Shown: positions 1-10,552, counted from the first letter of the stretch. The stretch: 64,000 nucleotides of DNA from Planctomycetota bacterium (GCA_965223265.1 OZ244999.1:4800001-4864000), one strand, 5' to 3'. Numbers and translations are program-made. The notes: a model not told the origin generated them from the letters alone.

Positions 1-217
1 CCTCTATATAGAGCGCCGCCGCGTTGTCATCTGGATGGAGATTCTCCGGCCGCAGGTCCACGGCTCGCAGCGGGAAACCGGCACTGCGGTACAGCTCCAC
101 CGCCGCCACGAATCTGCTCCGTGCGCTGCGGTCCCAGACCTTCCACGCTCCGTACGCCCCGGCGATGACGCAAACCAGCGGAAGAACGATCAGCCAGAGC
201 TTGCGACGTGCCTTCAC
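1..217 (-). CDS. Hypothetical membrane-anchored protein, N-terminal part (runs off the left edge)
   Basis: Read manually: GTG at 217 after a GGAGGG RBS gives MKARRKLWLIVLPLVCVIAGAYGAWKVWD...DDNAAALYIE, open to position 1, with an N-terminal hydrophobic helix. Not in the ORF track because it is truncated. Confidence 0.6.
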   Translation of the reverse strand, partial: MKARRKLWLIVLPLVCVIAGAYGAWKVWDRSARSRFVAAVELYRSAGFPLRAVDLRPENLHPDDNAAALYIE

Positions 218-287
218 GACACCCTCCACCGCTCAACTCCACGACCGCCCCCCATCCGACGTCGCCGCGTGGCGGCAAATCTTGAGA

Positions 288-2183
288 TCAAAACTCACTC
301 TCCTCGGCGCGCAAGAACTGGCGCAGCACCGGCAGCGCCTCCTCGATGGACCAATTCTCAGACCAGCGCGTGACGCCATGGCGACGACACAGCTCAAGGA
401 GCCGCCGCAGGTAAGGCCGCGCTCGTTCTGCGTCTTCGACGCTGAGAACGGAATCGATTTCAAGTCCGCCGCGATTCCAGCGGGCGCGATGGCCGCCCGA
501 GAGCCGCATCGGCAGGTCCCCCACCGCGGCGCGATAGGCCCAGATCGACGCGCGCTCGACGCGCGCACGGATGTCATCGTCTTCGGCGAGCTCGAACGCG
601 CGCCGACACGCCTCGAGGCCCCGAGCCGCCGTCTCCCGGTCGATCCCATAGTCTGCCGGATGAGCAAAGCAGCTCTTCTCGAAACCTCCTGCGAGCGCGT
701 TTTCGTGCATCAAAGCGATGAACTGGCGGATCGCTGGTGCAGCCTTGCCGTAATAGAGTCGCACGAACTCATCGAGGAGCTCGTCGCCGCGAAGATTCGG
801 GTTCCAGAGTAAACGCGATGCCATGTAGTTACGGACGCCAGAAAACTCCGCCCCGACTGCGTTCCCGGCCCCTTGCATGAAGACGCCGCGGGCGCTATTG
901 GCGACGAAAAAGCGAATGTTCGGCTCGATCGTGTGTAGGTTCGGGCACGGCAACAAATAGTTGTGAAAGTTCGTCATGTACGACCAGATGCAGATGTCGT
1001 CGCTGATGCGCCCCCAGCCGCGCAGGTCATCGCGAAACGCTGCGTTCAGCTTCGAGTCTGGATGGTCGATCGGCTGCAGCTGACTGCACTCGATCGACGC
1101 GAGCTGGATCTGGACGTTGTCAGCCGGTCTCAGGTCGAGCGGTGGCTTCCGCGTGTACCAATAAGCCAAGGTGCCGACCTTGATGCCCGGATGGTCGCGT
1201 TTCACTGCCGCCGCGACCGCATTGACGAAAGTCAGCAGTGACCCCATCGGCGAGCCCTCTCGCGCGTCGATCGCAGCACACGGCGCGCAGCGGCAGTATT
1301 CGTCGTTGTCGTTCTGGCTTACCGAAATGTTACTCCACTCGGGCTCGCGTTCGATCTGCTGCAGAACTGCCGCCGTAACGATTTCAAGGACCTTCGGGTT
1401 CGTCAGACACGGCTCGTTGTCGCGAGAGTCGTTGTGCACCTGCGCTAGGCGCTTGCCATCCACGAGGCTGTAATACTCGGGATGCTCCTTGCCATAGCGA
1501 CGCGATGGAATCTGGCTGGCGAACGAATGGTTGATCAATCGGCGCGACGTGACACCGCCGAAGCGGGCGTGACGCGGCACGGTATTGATGCGCAGGCGCG
1601 CCGCGAACGCCTCGTTGCCGTTGACCTCGCCGTAGTAGCTGTAACGAAAGGCGAGAGGTGGACGATAGATGCGATCGACCGGATCGATCTTCCGCCACTC
1701 ACCCAGCGCCGGCACGTGCGTGCAGTCGGGCGTGAGAAAGCGCACGCCAAGATAGTCTTCGAGAAAGGTGTACACTCCGTAGAGCGTGCCGCGCGGCCGT
1801 CCGCCGGCGATGGCGATCGAATCATCGCGGACGACGATGCGGAGATCCTCCGGCCCCAGCCCGACGGTCGAGAATCCGGCGCGGCTCTGCCGCATCAGCG
1901 CGCTGTCGCCAATATAAACGTGTCGATCACTTCGCTGCGCCGCGGTCACGATCCGCAGTCGCGCCCCCGAAGCCTCGGCAAAAAAGTCACGAAACTCCTC
2001 GGCGGCGTAGCGCTCACTGGGGATCGCGTCGGCAGCGACGTAGATCGTCCAGTCGCGGACGTCCGCCAAATTGACACTACGTGCCGGATCAGCCGCTAAC
2101 ACGTCCACCGCAACCACGAAACTCGCCACTGCAACCATCGTTGCACGCGCAGACGTTCGTAAGTTCCTTTTCTTAGTGCGCAC
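288..2183 (-). CDS. DUF4838 domain protein with GH67/GH20-like N-terminal domain (secreted, putative glycoside hydrolase)
   Basis: SERYAAEEF, IAGGRPRGTLYGVYTFLEDYLGVRF, HPEYYSL, CLTNP, SQND, CRCAPC, TLAYWYT motifs typical of DUF4838 proteins. Start chosen at GTG 2183 behind GAGGAAG (ORF track starts at 2279). Confidence 0.8.
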   Translation of the reverse strand: MRTKKRNLRTSARATMVAVASFVVAVDVLAADPARSVNLADVRDWTIYVAADAIPSERYAAEEFRDFFAEASGARLRIVTAAQRSDRHVYIGDSALMRQSRAGFSTVGLGPEDLRIVVRDDSIAIAGGRPRGTLYGVYTFLEDYLGVRFLTPDCTHVPALGEWRKIDPVDRIYRPPLAFRYSYYGEVNGNEAFAARLRINTVPRHARFGGVTSRRLINHSFASQIPSRRYGKEHPEYYSLVDGKRLAQVHNDSRDNEPCLTNPKVLEIVTAAVLQQIEREPEWSNISVSQNDNDEYCRCAPCAAIDAREGSPMGSLLTFVNAVAAAVKRDHPGIKVGTLAYWYTRKPPLDLRPADNVQIQLASIECSQLQPIDHPDSKLNAAFRDDLRGWGRISDDICIWSYMTNFHNYLLPCPNLHTIEPNIRFFVANSARGVFMQGAGNAVGAEFSGVRNYMASRLLWNPNLRGDELLDEFVRLYYGKAAPAIRQFIALMHENALAGGFEKSCFAHPADYGIDRETAARGLEACRRAFELAEDDDIRARVERASIWAYRAAVGDLPMRLSGGHRARWNRGGLEIDSVLSVEDAERARPYLRRLLELCRRHGVTRWSENWSIEEALPVLRQFLRAEESEF

Positions 2184-2373
2184 AGGTCTTCCTCGCTCAT
2201 GTCGGTCGCTTGTAGACTCAGTGTACACGAACCCGCGCAAGCCCGAAACCTCACCGCGCCGCAACGTGTCTTCCTCCACTTCGGAAACGCTGGTATCCGG
2301 TTATACTACGAAAGTCACGCGCGGCATGATCGCTCGCGGTTCACAGCTCCACCCAAACTTGGAGAGAAACTCC

Positions 2374-3705
2374 ATGTCATTCACTCCCAGTGCACCAACC
2401 ATCGCCCTTTTTCCGCGCCTGCCGTGGATCCTGCCGACACTCCTCCTTCTGTGCACGCTCTCCAGCGCCGCCCTCGGCGCGGAGATGAAGGTCGGCGCGG
2501 CATTTCGCGTCATCACCCCCGACCCACTCCTTCCCATCTCGGGAGGTGTCGGTACACCGAGCCCCGTGAAAGAGAAAAGGGGCGACCTCTTCGCACGCGC
2601 CATGGTTTTTGAGCAAGCAGGCACGCGCGTCGCCATCGTCGGCGTCGATTACCTCGGTTTTCCGGCTGTCCTCTGCGATCAAGTACGCTCTCGCGTCCGC
2701 GACATCCCCGCGGAAAACATTCTGATCGGCTCGACCCACAACCACAGCGGCCCCGACATGTACGGCTTCCCGGATGGCAAAGGCGGACGCAGTGGTGATC
2801 CGAAGTACACGCAGTGGGCCATCGGCAAGATCGCCGAAGCGATCAATGACGCCGCGGAGCACCTGCGTCCCGCAGCGCTGAAGATCGCAGTCGGCGACGC
2901 CAAAGGTAAGATCGCCTACAACTACTACGCTCCGCAGCTCTACGATCCGCGCTGCGGAGTCATCCAGGCCGTCGAGACTTCGGGCCCAAACCAAGGCAAG
3001 GTGATCGCCACGCTCGTCAACTACGCCAGCCACCCCGAAGTGCTCGGTCCGAAAAGCGGCATCTTGAGCCCAGACTTTTGCGGCCCGCTCTATGATCGCA
3101 TCGAGGAAGTTGCTGGCGGTGTCGCGCTCTACATGAACGGCGCCCAAGGCGGCATGGTCACCGCAGACTGCCGTGGCCCAGATGGCAAAGACATTCAAAC
3201 TTGGGACGAGTGCGTTCGCATCGGACGCTTGCTCGCCGACGAAGCGCTGCGCATCGTCGGCGATACGCAGCTGCAGAAAGATCCCGGCCTCTACGTCACC
3301 AGCCGCAACTTGGAGCTTCCGGTCACCTCACCTCTCATGCAGCAGTTGATCGCACTCATGGATCTGGGCGGGCCAGGCTCGCGCGGCGCGAAGAGCGCCG
3401 CAAGCGTCACCACACGTCTCAACCTGGTGAACATCGGCACGGCCCAGCTGCTGACGATCCCCGGTGAAGCACTGCCCAACATCGGCTACTACCTCAAACG
3501 CAACATGCCGGGCGAGCATGACTTTCTGCTCGGACTGACCAATGATGCGTTCGGTTACATCCTGGCGCGCGTCGATTTCGATAGCTTCAAGCGCTACGAG
3601 TATATCTCGCGCACGAGTTTGGGGGAGATGACCGGGGAGATCTACATGGAGCGCGCGCTCAAGCTCGTCGCCGAGTCACCGCGCCCGGACGGCGCGGGAG
3701 AATGA
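2374..3705 (+). CDS. Neutral/alkaline ceramidase-family protein (secreted)
   Basis: Signal peptide, DLFARAMVF, IGSTHNHSGPD, NYASHP, NGAQGG, IPGE motifs of the ceramidase_alk N-terminal fold. ATG 2374 follows GGAGAG. Confidence 0.7.
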   Translation: MSFTPSAPTIALFPRLPWILPTLLLLCTLSSAALGAEMKVGAAFRVITPDPLLPISGGVGTPSPVKEKRGDLFARAMVFEQAGTRVAIVGVDYLGFPAVLCDQVRSRVRDIPAENILIGSTHNHSGPDMYGFPDGKGGRSGDPKYTQWAIGKIAEAINDAAEHLRPAALKIAVGDAKGKIAYNYYAPQLYDPRCGVIQAVETSGPNQGKVIATLVNYASHPEVLGPKSGILSPDFCGPLYDRIEEVAGGVALYMNGAQGGMVTADCRGPDGKDIQTWDECVRIGRLLADEALRIVGDTQLQKDPGLYVTSRNLELPVTSPLMQQLIALMDLGGPGSRGAKSAASVTTRLNLVNIGTAQLLTIPGEALPNIGYYLKRNMPGEHDFLLGLTNDAFGYILARVDFDSFKRYEYISRTSLGEMTGEIYMERALKLVAESPRPDGAGE

Positions 3706-4020
3706 CGGTCGTCGGGTGCGACAAAGTGGTCGGCACACGTCTCATTGGCTCGATCTGCGCCCCCATCGAGCGTCTATCTCGCGAATCTCTTTTCTTTGTG
3801 CCAAGAACGCAACCTTGCAGCGGAAAGCGAGACGTCCTCGAGCGCCTGAGCTTCTTTGTCTGATCTTCGTTTGCTTCGTTCGCTTCTGTTCAAAAGATCA
3901 GAAAAAGAGTCGAACACAAGGAAACTAAGTCAACGAAAAGCGCTGTCCAAAGTAGCAAGCAAGGCCGTGTGCTGTCCGGAGGTGACAATGACTGCTACTT
4001 TGCCCATGGTAAGTGCTAAG

Positions 4021-4064
4021 AAAAAGGCCCACGCAGTGCGCCTCCACGGCGTGGGCCCTTTTTT
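4021..4064. terminator. Probable bidirectional intrinsic terminator
   Basis: AAAAA-GGCCCACGC...GCGTGGGCC-CTTTTTT between convergent genes. Confidence 0.7.
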
Positions 4065-4106
4065 CTATACCTTGACCGAGAGTGTCGAGTGAAAGCAGCT
4101 GCCAGC

Positions 4107-6026
4107 CTACTGACAGCTATCCTCACACTCACTTTCGGGCAGCGTGATGCAGCTTGTTCCGAGTGCGTGCGGCGGATTGGCTCCGCCGACAAACTGAAAA
4201 TTGAGCGACGCGACGGGGTCTGAAATATCGTGACCACCATCACCGTTAAAGTCGGCTACGAGCAGGCCGGCAGCGTTCAGTCCGTCGCCGGCAAGCAAGC
4301 AGGCTGCGGCCAACGGGATACCTGCGAACTGGAAATTCAGGTCCGCAACCGGATCAGAAATATCTATGCCACCGTCACCATTGACATCTCCCGGCAGCCA
4401 GGAGGCCCCGCAGCCACTGCTGTCAAACACGACCGCAGCCGAAAACACGCTCGTCTCCGCACCGTCCAAAAGCACGGGTTCCCCGGGAACTGTCGCCGTA
4501 ACAACGATCGACTGACCCGCGAGCTGGTCCGCGACCGCCGAGACGTCGAATAAGAATGCCCCCTCATTCGGAGCACCGTCGTCGGGACCACCTTCCTCGA
4601 ACGACGCGACCCACTGCAGCCCCTGCGGGTTTGTGCCTACGGTGCCCGGATCAGCAACGTAGAGATCGACAGTCGCGAAGGTAAAATCCACCGCCTCAAC
4701 GACGAGCGGAATCTGCCCTTGAATCGTGCAGCCGCTGGTGTCGCTGATCACCGGTGCGATGTTGTCTACACGAGCCAGAATCTGCGCGTGGATCGTGCGA
4801 TCCACACTTTCGTAGAGAGCTCCCGTGTTGTTGAATAGCGAGTTGCCACGGAAGGTCACGGCTGAATCCGACGGAAAGTTCAACAACGTGCCCGTATGGT
4901 TGGCAATGATGTTTCCTTCAAGCTCATCGCTCGTTCCATCAAAATCGCTGCCGATGAGGAAGCCCGGCATCGGATCGCCGCGGAAAAACTCATTGTTCGC
5001 GATGGAAGTGGTGCCGTCGACGCCGACACCGACATAGTTGCCCGAGAAACGCACGTTCGGGTTCGGCGAGCTGAAAACCTGGAACACTTCGTCCTTCATG
5101 CCGCCGATGACGTTTCTCTCGTCGGCATCGGCGACGCCATCGCCGTCTGTGCCAATCACGAGGCTAGCGAATCCACCGCCTTCAATGGCGTCACCTTCGC
5201 CGACTGCGCCGCCGTCATCCGCCACCGTCACGCCGTCCGGCAGAATACCGATGTAGTTGCCGGCGATCTTGACGTTCGCCGCACCTTCAACGATCGTGTT
5301 GACGTTGAAACCGGCGATGACGTTGAACTCGGCGCGATCGTCGACGCCGTCGCCGTTGGTGCCGAACGCATGACCACCTGCTGTGCTGCAGGCGCCAAGA
5401 CCGATCTCACCGCCGGCCACCGTGCCAGCGTCCGGGCTCAGGCCGATCCAGCAGCCGCCGACCTGGCCGCCTGCCGCGCCGTCGCGAAAATTGATGCCGT
5501 AGTTCAAACCACCTGCGGCGGTTTCGTAGGTACTGAGGAACGAAATGCCGCGGATCACGATGTTGTCGCCGAAAAGCGTCATGATGTCGCCTTCGTTGCC
5601 ACCATCCTGAAACGTGTGGTTGCCATTCGTTGCATCGATCACGATTTGCAGAACTGCGTTGTTGCCACCGAGGATGTCGTTCGTGTTGGGGCTCGCGCCC
5701 GGCTGCGTGTAGCCGTCGATCGTGACGTCACTGGCGCTGACCGTGAAACCGTTGAACGGCTCGGCGATGGTGTGCGGCCCGTCGCCCGCGATATTGAAGT
5801 GAATGGCGTCGTCAGTGCCCAGCGTCCCCGTGACCTGATCGCTCTCGCTCGGGTCAAGTGGGCGACCGAGTTCGCCGTTGACGGCCAGGATGGCCTCCGT
5901 CAAGGTCAATACCCCGTCCGCCTCGTTCGTGGTGTTCGTCGTGTTGACGGTGAGAGTCGCCGCTGAGAGGGACAGGCTCACCGAAAAACCCGCTGCAATC
6001 AAAACGGTTAAAGGCATGCGTAACAT
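4107..6026 (-). CDS. Secreted beta-helix repeat protein (CSLREA-like N-terminus) with C-terminal dockerin-like domain
   Basis: Signal peptide; TVNTT...LTLTEAI...AVN; repeated IG..GDG..D..E.N.I.G units; C-terminal PGDVNGDGGIDISDP...ADFNGDGGHDISDP duplicated Ca-binding loops. RBS GGAGGT before ATG 6026. Confidence 0.75.
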   Translation of the reverse strand: MLRMPLTVLIAAGFSVSLSLSAATLTVNTTNTTNEADGVLTLTEAILAVNGELGRPLDPSESDQVTGTLGTDDAIHFNIAGDGPHTIAEPFNGFTVSASDVTIDGYTQPGASPNTNDILGGNNAVLQIVIDATNGNHTFQDGGNEGDIMTLFGDNIVIRGISFLSTYETAAGGLNYGINFRDGAAGGQVGGCWIGLSPDAGTVAGGEIGLGACSTAGGHAFGTNGDGVDDRAEFNVIAGFNVNTIVEGAANVKIAGNYIGILPDGVTVADDGGAVGEGDAIEGGGFASLVIGTDGDGVADADERNVIGGMKDEVFQVFSSPNPNVRFSGNYVGVGVDGTTSIANNEFFRGDPMPGFLIGSDFDGTSDELEGNIIANHTGTLLNFPSDSAVTFRGNSLFNNTGALYESVDRTIHAQILARVDNIAPVISDTSGCTIQGQIPLVVEAVDFTFATVDLYVADPGTVGTNPQGLQWVASFEEGGPDDGAPNEGAFLFDVSAVADQLAGQSIVVTATVPGEPVLLDGAETSVFSAAVVFDSSGCGASWLPGDVNGDGGIDISDPVADLNFQFAGIPLAAACLLAGDGLNAAGLLVADFNGDGGHDISDPVASLNFQFVGGANPPHALGTSCITLPESECEDSCQ

Positions 6027-6123
6027 CGCTACCTCCGGTTCCCAAACGCCTGAAAAACACACCCAGGCGACCCAACTCATCCCGGGCAAAGAGCCTTGAA
6101 TTATCTTCCCGACTCGTCCGAAG

Positions 6124-8346
6124 TCAACGCGATTTCACCGCTCCCTCCAGCTCGGCGCGCAGTACGGGAACCCGCCTTTCAACGAACTCGCGAATCTGAT
6201 CGTAAAACTCGCGGATCTCGCTGCGTCGGTCGTCGCGAGTGACACCGAGGTGAGCCTCGATCAGGGTCAGGTCGTCGAGGAGAAGGGTCTCCAGCGCCGC
6301 CGCAGCGTCAAGGATTCTCGGCGCGACGTTACGGCCCTGGGGATCGAGAAAGTCGCGCAGTGTCTCGAGGTACGCGGCATCGAACTCTGGCACCAGATGA
6401 AAACCGCGCGACACGATGCCCTGGCGCGGTGTCGTCACCGGCAACTGGTCCTGCCAGGGCTGGAACGTCTGGTCGAGGTCCCAGGGGAACACTCGCCAGC
6501 GATCGGGCGGCGCTGGCACGTACAAAAAAAAGTTATTCCGGAAGCCGTCCCAGTTGGAGATGAACACGCTCACAGCGCTGTAGAGCCCAAAGCTCTGAGC
6601 ATCAAGGCTTTCGAACACCGCGGGCTCCCTGATGGTGCGGCTCAGCGATCGAAGCTCGGCGAGTCGTGCATCGAAAGCTTCACGCCCAGTGTGCAGATTC
6701 GTCTTCTTAGTGAAGACGTCCTTCTCGAGCTTGTAGAGGTCGGCGCAGTCGTCGAGGCCGCTCAAACGCAGGAAGGCTTCGTTGATCTGCTGAAGTGCGA
6801 GTCGTTGTGAATGAACGGGAGCTCCGTCACCCGCCTCGACGGCGCGGAACCAGTCAACGCGCGGCGCGGTGAGGCCAAGGTCACGGCAAAGCTGCGAGGA
6901 GAAGTGCTCGATGATCGGCGCGATGCTCGTGCGCTCGACTCCCGTTTCGGGGTGCAGGTTGAGCGTGCGGTCACCCCGATACTCCTCGCCCTTGAGGAAT
7001 CGCAGCTTGTGTCCGGTGTCCGACGGTATGACGCGCGCTCCATCGAAGTTCAAAGCTGCCGCTGCGCCCAGCTCGAGGAGGACGAACCCGCTCTGTTCGT
7101 CGGCGGTGAACGGAGTCGGAGCAGCGGGAAAGAGCCAAATGAGAGGCAGCTTGGACGCAATTTCAGAGTCATAGACAAATGTGCTAAAGAACGGTCGCGG
7201 CTCGCCGGAGTGCGGCAGCGAAAGCGAGATGTCGCCCTCGAGCTCGACACGAAGGCGGTAACGCACGAGCGTCTGCGACGGCTGCGGTGGCAACGTCGCG
7301 GCGAACAACACCGAACTTGCGGTTTCATCTTCGAGCACCATGTCGACACTCGAAGGCGCTTCAGGCGGAGAGGTCTTAGTCGCCATCGTCAAGGCGTACC
7401 ACTCGAGAGTGGCGCTGGCGATCTCCGCAGCTGCAAAGTCGAGCCTGGCGCGAACAGTGATTTCGTCGCTCGAGCGCGGCTGGGCAGGTGTCACGGTGAG
7501 CGTCTCGATGGCGGGAAACGCCGGCACCCCGGCCGCTGCGTTGGCAGCCCCGGGCGTGGGCTGCGGCAGACCGTCCTCGGTGCGTGCGGTCGACGCGCGC
7601 CAACTGTGAAAATCCTCAGCGGGCAAGCGAACATCGATGCGCTCGAGAGAGGCCCCGTAGCCGTCAGCGCCAGTCGGCCACGGCGCGCGGTCGTCGTAGC
7701 GGAGCGATTCCACGACACATTCGCCACTCTCTAAGGTCAAGCGCTCGCCGCCATCGGCAAGCCATCCCTCGTAGGGACCGAACACGCGTTCGAGGCTCTG
7801 CTCCCAACGCCCCGGGTTCTTGGCCAGTACAGCGAAGTCGCCGGGCTCGATCGTCGAGCCTTGCGGAAACGTGAAATCGATTCCATTCGTGAAGCGGTAG
7901 CTACTCAAGTCAACGCTGACGCTGCTCAGATTTTGCAGCTCAACGAATTCCTCGTCGGCGAGTTCCGCCGGGTCGTAGTGGATCTCGGAGATGATGACGG
8001 CGCTGGTAGTGTCGCCGGCCCCGTCGCAGTCCAGTGCATCGCACGTTGGATCAGGACCCGCGACCAGCGGCCCCGGCGCGGGAGGCGGTGAACCATTGCG
8101 AAAGAGATAACGAAGAAGCGACATGGCATCGTCGAAGACGACGGCACCATCATCGTCGACGTCAGCAGCATCAGCACAGCCGAGCGGTACGCCAGCAAAC
8201 AGCGACAGAATGATCGCCACGGGATCGCCGACGTTGAGGGTGCCGTCGCTGTTGGCATCGCCACGGCGAAAGTCGGCGACAAGCGGCGACGAGAGTGCCA
8301 CTAGAGTCAACGCGACGACAGCGAGGCAACGGAATCTCACGCGCAT
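6124..8346 (-). CDS. Secreted dockerin + lamin-tail domain + CotH-kinase-family protein
   Basis: Signal peptide, FRRGDANSDG..DAADVDDDG dockerin, VIISEIHYDP/EEFVELQN/GASLER/PTPGAAN lamin-tail motifs, NWDG..NNFFLY and PWDLDQTF CotH motifs. Confidence 0.8.
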   Translation of the reverse strand: MRVRFRCLAVVALTLVALSSPLVADFRRGDANSDGTLNVGDPVAIILSLFAGVPLGCADAADVDDDGAVVFDDAMSLLRYLFRNGSPPPAPGPLVAGPDPTCDALDCDGAGDTTSAVIISEIHYDPAELADEEFVELQNLSSVSVDLSSYRFTNGIDFTFPQGSTIEPGDFAVLAKNPGRWEQSLERVFGPYEGWLADGGERLTLESGECVVESLRYDDRAPWPTGADGYGASLERIDVRLPAEDFHSWRASTARTEDGLPQPTPGAANAAAGVPAFPAIETLTVTPAQPRSSDEITVRARLDFAAAEIASATLEWYALTMATKTSPPEAPSSVDMVLEDETASSVLFAATLPPQPSQTLVRYRLRVELEGDISLSLPHSGEPRPFFSTFVYDSEIASKLPLIWLFPAAPTPFTADEQSGFVLLELGAAAALNFDGARVIPSDTGHKLRFLKGEEYRGDRTLNLHPETGVERTSIAPIIEHFSSQLCRDLGLTAPRVDWFRAVEAGDGAPVHSQRLALQQINEAFLRLSGLDDCADLYKLEKDVFTKKTNLHTGREAFDARLAELRSLSRTIREPAVFESLDAQSFGLYSAVSVFISNWDGFRNNFFLYVPAPPDRWRVFPWDLDQTFQPWQDQLPVTTPRQGIVSRGFHLVPEFDAAYLETLRDFLDPQGRNVAPRILDAAAALETLLLDDLTLIEAHLGVTRDDRRSEIREFYDQIREFVERRVPVLRAELEGAVKSR

Positions 8347-8577
8347 AGTCTCAGACGTTGTTCGTAGACGGGGCGGACGAAGCTCGCGATGCGAGATGGC
8401 AGCAGACCGAGGCCGCGGCGAGGATCCAACCAACCTTGCGGCGAACATCGACATCGAACACGCCAACATGTCGCGATGCACCGATGTTAATGGAGAGCCC
8501 GATCACCGCAAGGGCGGAAACGCGAGCCGAAGCGCGCGATCGAGGCGGAGGAGGCTCGTGAGTCGACTTCGTCGACG

Positions 8578-10209
8578 TCAACTTTCGGGGCTTGAAGTGT
8601 GCCGAACGTCCTGCCAAGCCAGCCCGAAGCGTGCCAGGTATTTACGCAATCGATCTGCGTCGTTGGGCCTCGCCTTGCGCGCCCGCGACTTCGCGAAGAG
8701 CACGCGTCCCGCCTCGGAGAGGGTTCGACTTTGTCGGCACACCTCGAGCACGTCCGCGAGTTGCACGCGCTCGAAGCGGTCGAGCTCGGCTGCACGGTCC
8801 GCGCCGAGAACATGCACGACGACTGCGTCGCCACTCTGACGGTTAGATCGCGCGTCGCTCCAACTGGCCGACAGCCGATCGATCTCAGCCGCTACCGTGT
8901 CAACCCGGATGCGGCCGTCGGGCGCCAGCGTCGACATGCGGGTGACCGCAGAGCCAAGATCACGAAAGTTCGCGCTCCAGCGCGCCGCCGGCGACGTCGC
9001 GAAGGAGAGGAACGCCTCGCGCGCCTCGCGATTGAACGTGACGTTCTTGCCACTCGATGCGGCAACGCGCCGAAGCTCGTAGTCAAGGTTCGGCTCGAGG
9101 TCTTCGATGCGCTGAGCCAAACCGGGCAGCACAAACGTCCACAAATTGATGCGCGCGAGTAGATCGTCACGAAACTCCCCTGCAGCGACTTGGCGCCTGA
9201 GATCTCGATTGGTGCCAGCGATGAGTTGAAACTCGCTGTCGCTCTCGGCGTCGGAGCCGAGCGGGAGGAACCTCTTTTCTTCGATGGCGCGCAGGAGCAT
9301 CGTCTGCTCGTCGATGCCGAGCTCACCGATCTCGTCGAGAAAGAGGATGCCGCCGCTCGCCGCCTTGAGGAGACCTGGACGATCGGTGGTCGCTCCCGTG
9401 AAGGAGCCTTTGACATGCCCGAAGAGGGTCGACATGGCCGCGTCGCCGCGCAGTGTCGCGCAGTTGACTTCGACGAAGCGCCCTTCCACCTGCCTGCGGT
9501 TTTGCTTGAGCTCGAAGATCCGCCGCGCCAGCTGCGACTTTCCCGCGCCGGTCGGCCCCATGAGCAGGATGGGTTCCTTCGAGTGAATCGCGACGCGTTC
9601 GATCTCATCGATCAAACGATTGAACGCAGCGTTACGGGTTTCAATGCCCGACTTTAGGAACGACTGCGCTTCCTGCTGCTCGGCGGCGAAGCGGGTCGCG
9701 ATGCGGTCGTAGCGCGACAGGTCGAGATCGATGATGCTCAGCGATCCGGCGCTGGAGTCCTTGCGGCGCTTCGGCGGCGAAGCCTGTAGCAGCTTGGCAG
9801 GAAAATGACGCGACTCTGTTAACAGGAAGAGGCAGATCTGCGCAACGTGCGTTCCCGTTGTGATGTGGACGAAGTAGTCCTCGCTCTCGGGATCGAACGT
9901 GTAGTCGCCAGCGAAATCGTGCAGAGCCCCGTAGACCTCCTCGAAGTCCCACGGGTTGCCGAATTCTATGTTGTGGTGACGGACGGTCGTCTCCGGCGAG
10001 ACCGACCGCACGTCCTCATCGACCACTCGCCCCACAGGCGCATGCTTCTCTTGGTAGAGCAGTTCCAGCCGATCGACGAGAAAGTCATCGTGCTGGCAAA
10101 GAGCGACGCTCGGACGCCACGACTCCCACCTGCCGGGACCGGAGCCGGCGTCGAGGTTTGGCCCGAGGAGTCCAAGGACGACGGTTTGGTTGGGTCTGTG
10201 AGGGCTCAA
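8578..10209 (-). CDS. rtcR: Sigma54-dependent transcriptional activator RtcR (CARF-like N-domain, AAA+, HTH)
   Basis: WESWRPSVALCQH, PWDFEEVYGALHDF, HITTGTHVAQIC, GPTGAGKS, GSFTGA, FLDEIGELG, NDADRLRKYLARFGL; divergent from rtcA. Start estimated at TTG 10209. Confidence 0.93.
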   Translation of the reverse strand: MSPHRPNQTVVLGLLGPNLDAGSGPGRWESWRPSVALCQHDDFLVDRLELLYQEKHAPVGRVVDEDVRSVSPETTVRHHNIEFGNPWDFEEVYGALHDFAGDYTFDPESEDYFVHITTGTHVAQICLFLLTESRHFPAKLLQASPPKRRKDSSAGSLSIIDLDLSRYDRIATRFAAEQQEAQSFLKSGIETRNAAFNRLIDEIERVAIHSKEPILLMGPTGAGKSQLARRIFELKQNRRQVEGRFVEVNCATLRGDAAMSTLFGHVKGSFTGATTDRPGLLKAASGGILFLDEIGELGIDEQTMLLRAIEEKRFLPLGSDAESDSEFQLIAGTNRDLRRQVAAGEFRDDLLARINLWTFVLPGLAQRIEDLEPNLDYELRRVAASSGKNVTFNREAREAFLSFATSPAARWSANFRDLGSAVTRMSTLAPDGRIRVDTVAAEIDRLSASWSDARSNRQSGDAVVVHVLGADRAAELDRFERVQLADVLEVCRQSRTLSEAGRVLFAKSRARKARPNDADRLRKYLARFGLAWQDVRHTSSPES

Positions 10210-10275
10210 GGTTCTCAACCTGCGGCGCAGAGCAAGTGACAAGCGAGGGGCGAAATCTCTTGCGACTCCGAAGAA

Positions 10276-10312
10276 GTATATCCTACAGGATAGAGTATAT
10301 CCTTTAGGATAT
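10276..10312. promoter_or_regulatory. Tandem palindromic upstream activator sites, probable RtcR binding sites
   Basis: TATCCT-AC-AGGATA (10279-10292) and ATATCCT-TT-AGGATAT (10297-10312), 19 bp apart, about 100 bp upstream of the sigma54-like promoter. Confidence 0.7.
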
Positions 10313-10412
10313 GAATGACTCACTCCGCCTCGGACGCACCAGCCCGGCGAGAAACACCCTAAAGGTCTTCAACGAAAACATTTACAATTGCAAGGAAAGT
10401 TTCTCAGGAGTG

Positions 10413-10428
10413 CGGCACGCGATGTGAT
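10413..10428 (+). promoter_or_regulatory. Sigma54 -24/-12 promoter of rtcAB (variant -12 GA)
   Basis: cGGCACG-CGAT-GTGA: GG at 10414-15 and GA at 10426-27 have the correct spacing; the context (RtcR, UAS, AT-rich stretch between them) fits. Confidence 0.55.
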
Positions 10429-10442
10429 ATAGAGTCCTCACG

Positions 10443-10552
10443 TCTGGCCCGGCGCCGCTCCATGTGGCGCCGGGCCCGGGGCCAGAGAGGGTCAGAAACT
10501 GACCCAGGTTCACTTCGGCGGCAGCCGGAGGCGGGACCGACGCCGTTTCCCA
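10443..10552 (+). ncRNA. Candidate structured RNA or leader upstream of rtcA
   Basis: Three consecutive hairpins: 10446-10476 (11 perfect bp), 10489-10505 (7 bp), 10513-10530 (7 bp with GGCA GNRA loop). Confidence 0.35.

Noticed and set aside
10443-10552. tRNA gene in the rtc leader
   Set aside because: No cloverleaf, TTCGA T-loop or CCA end is recognisable.
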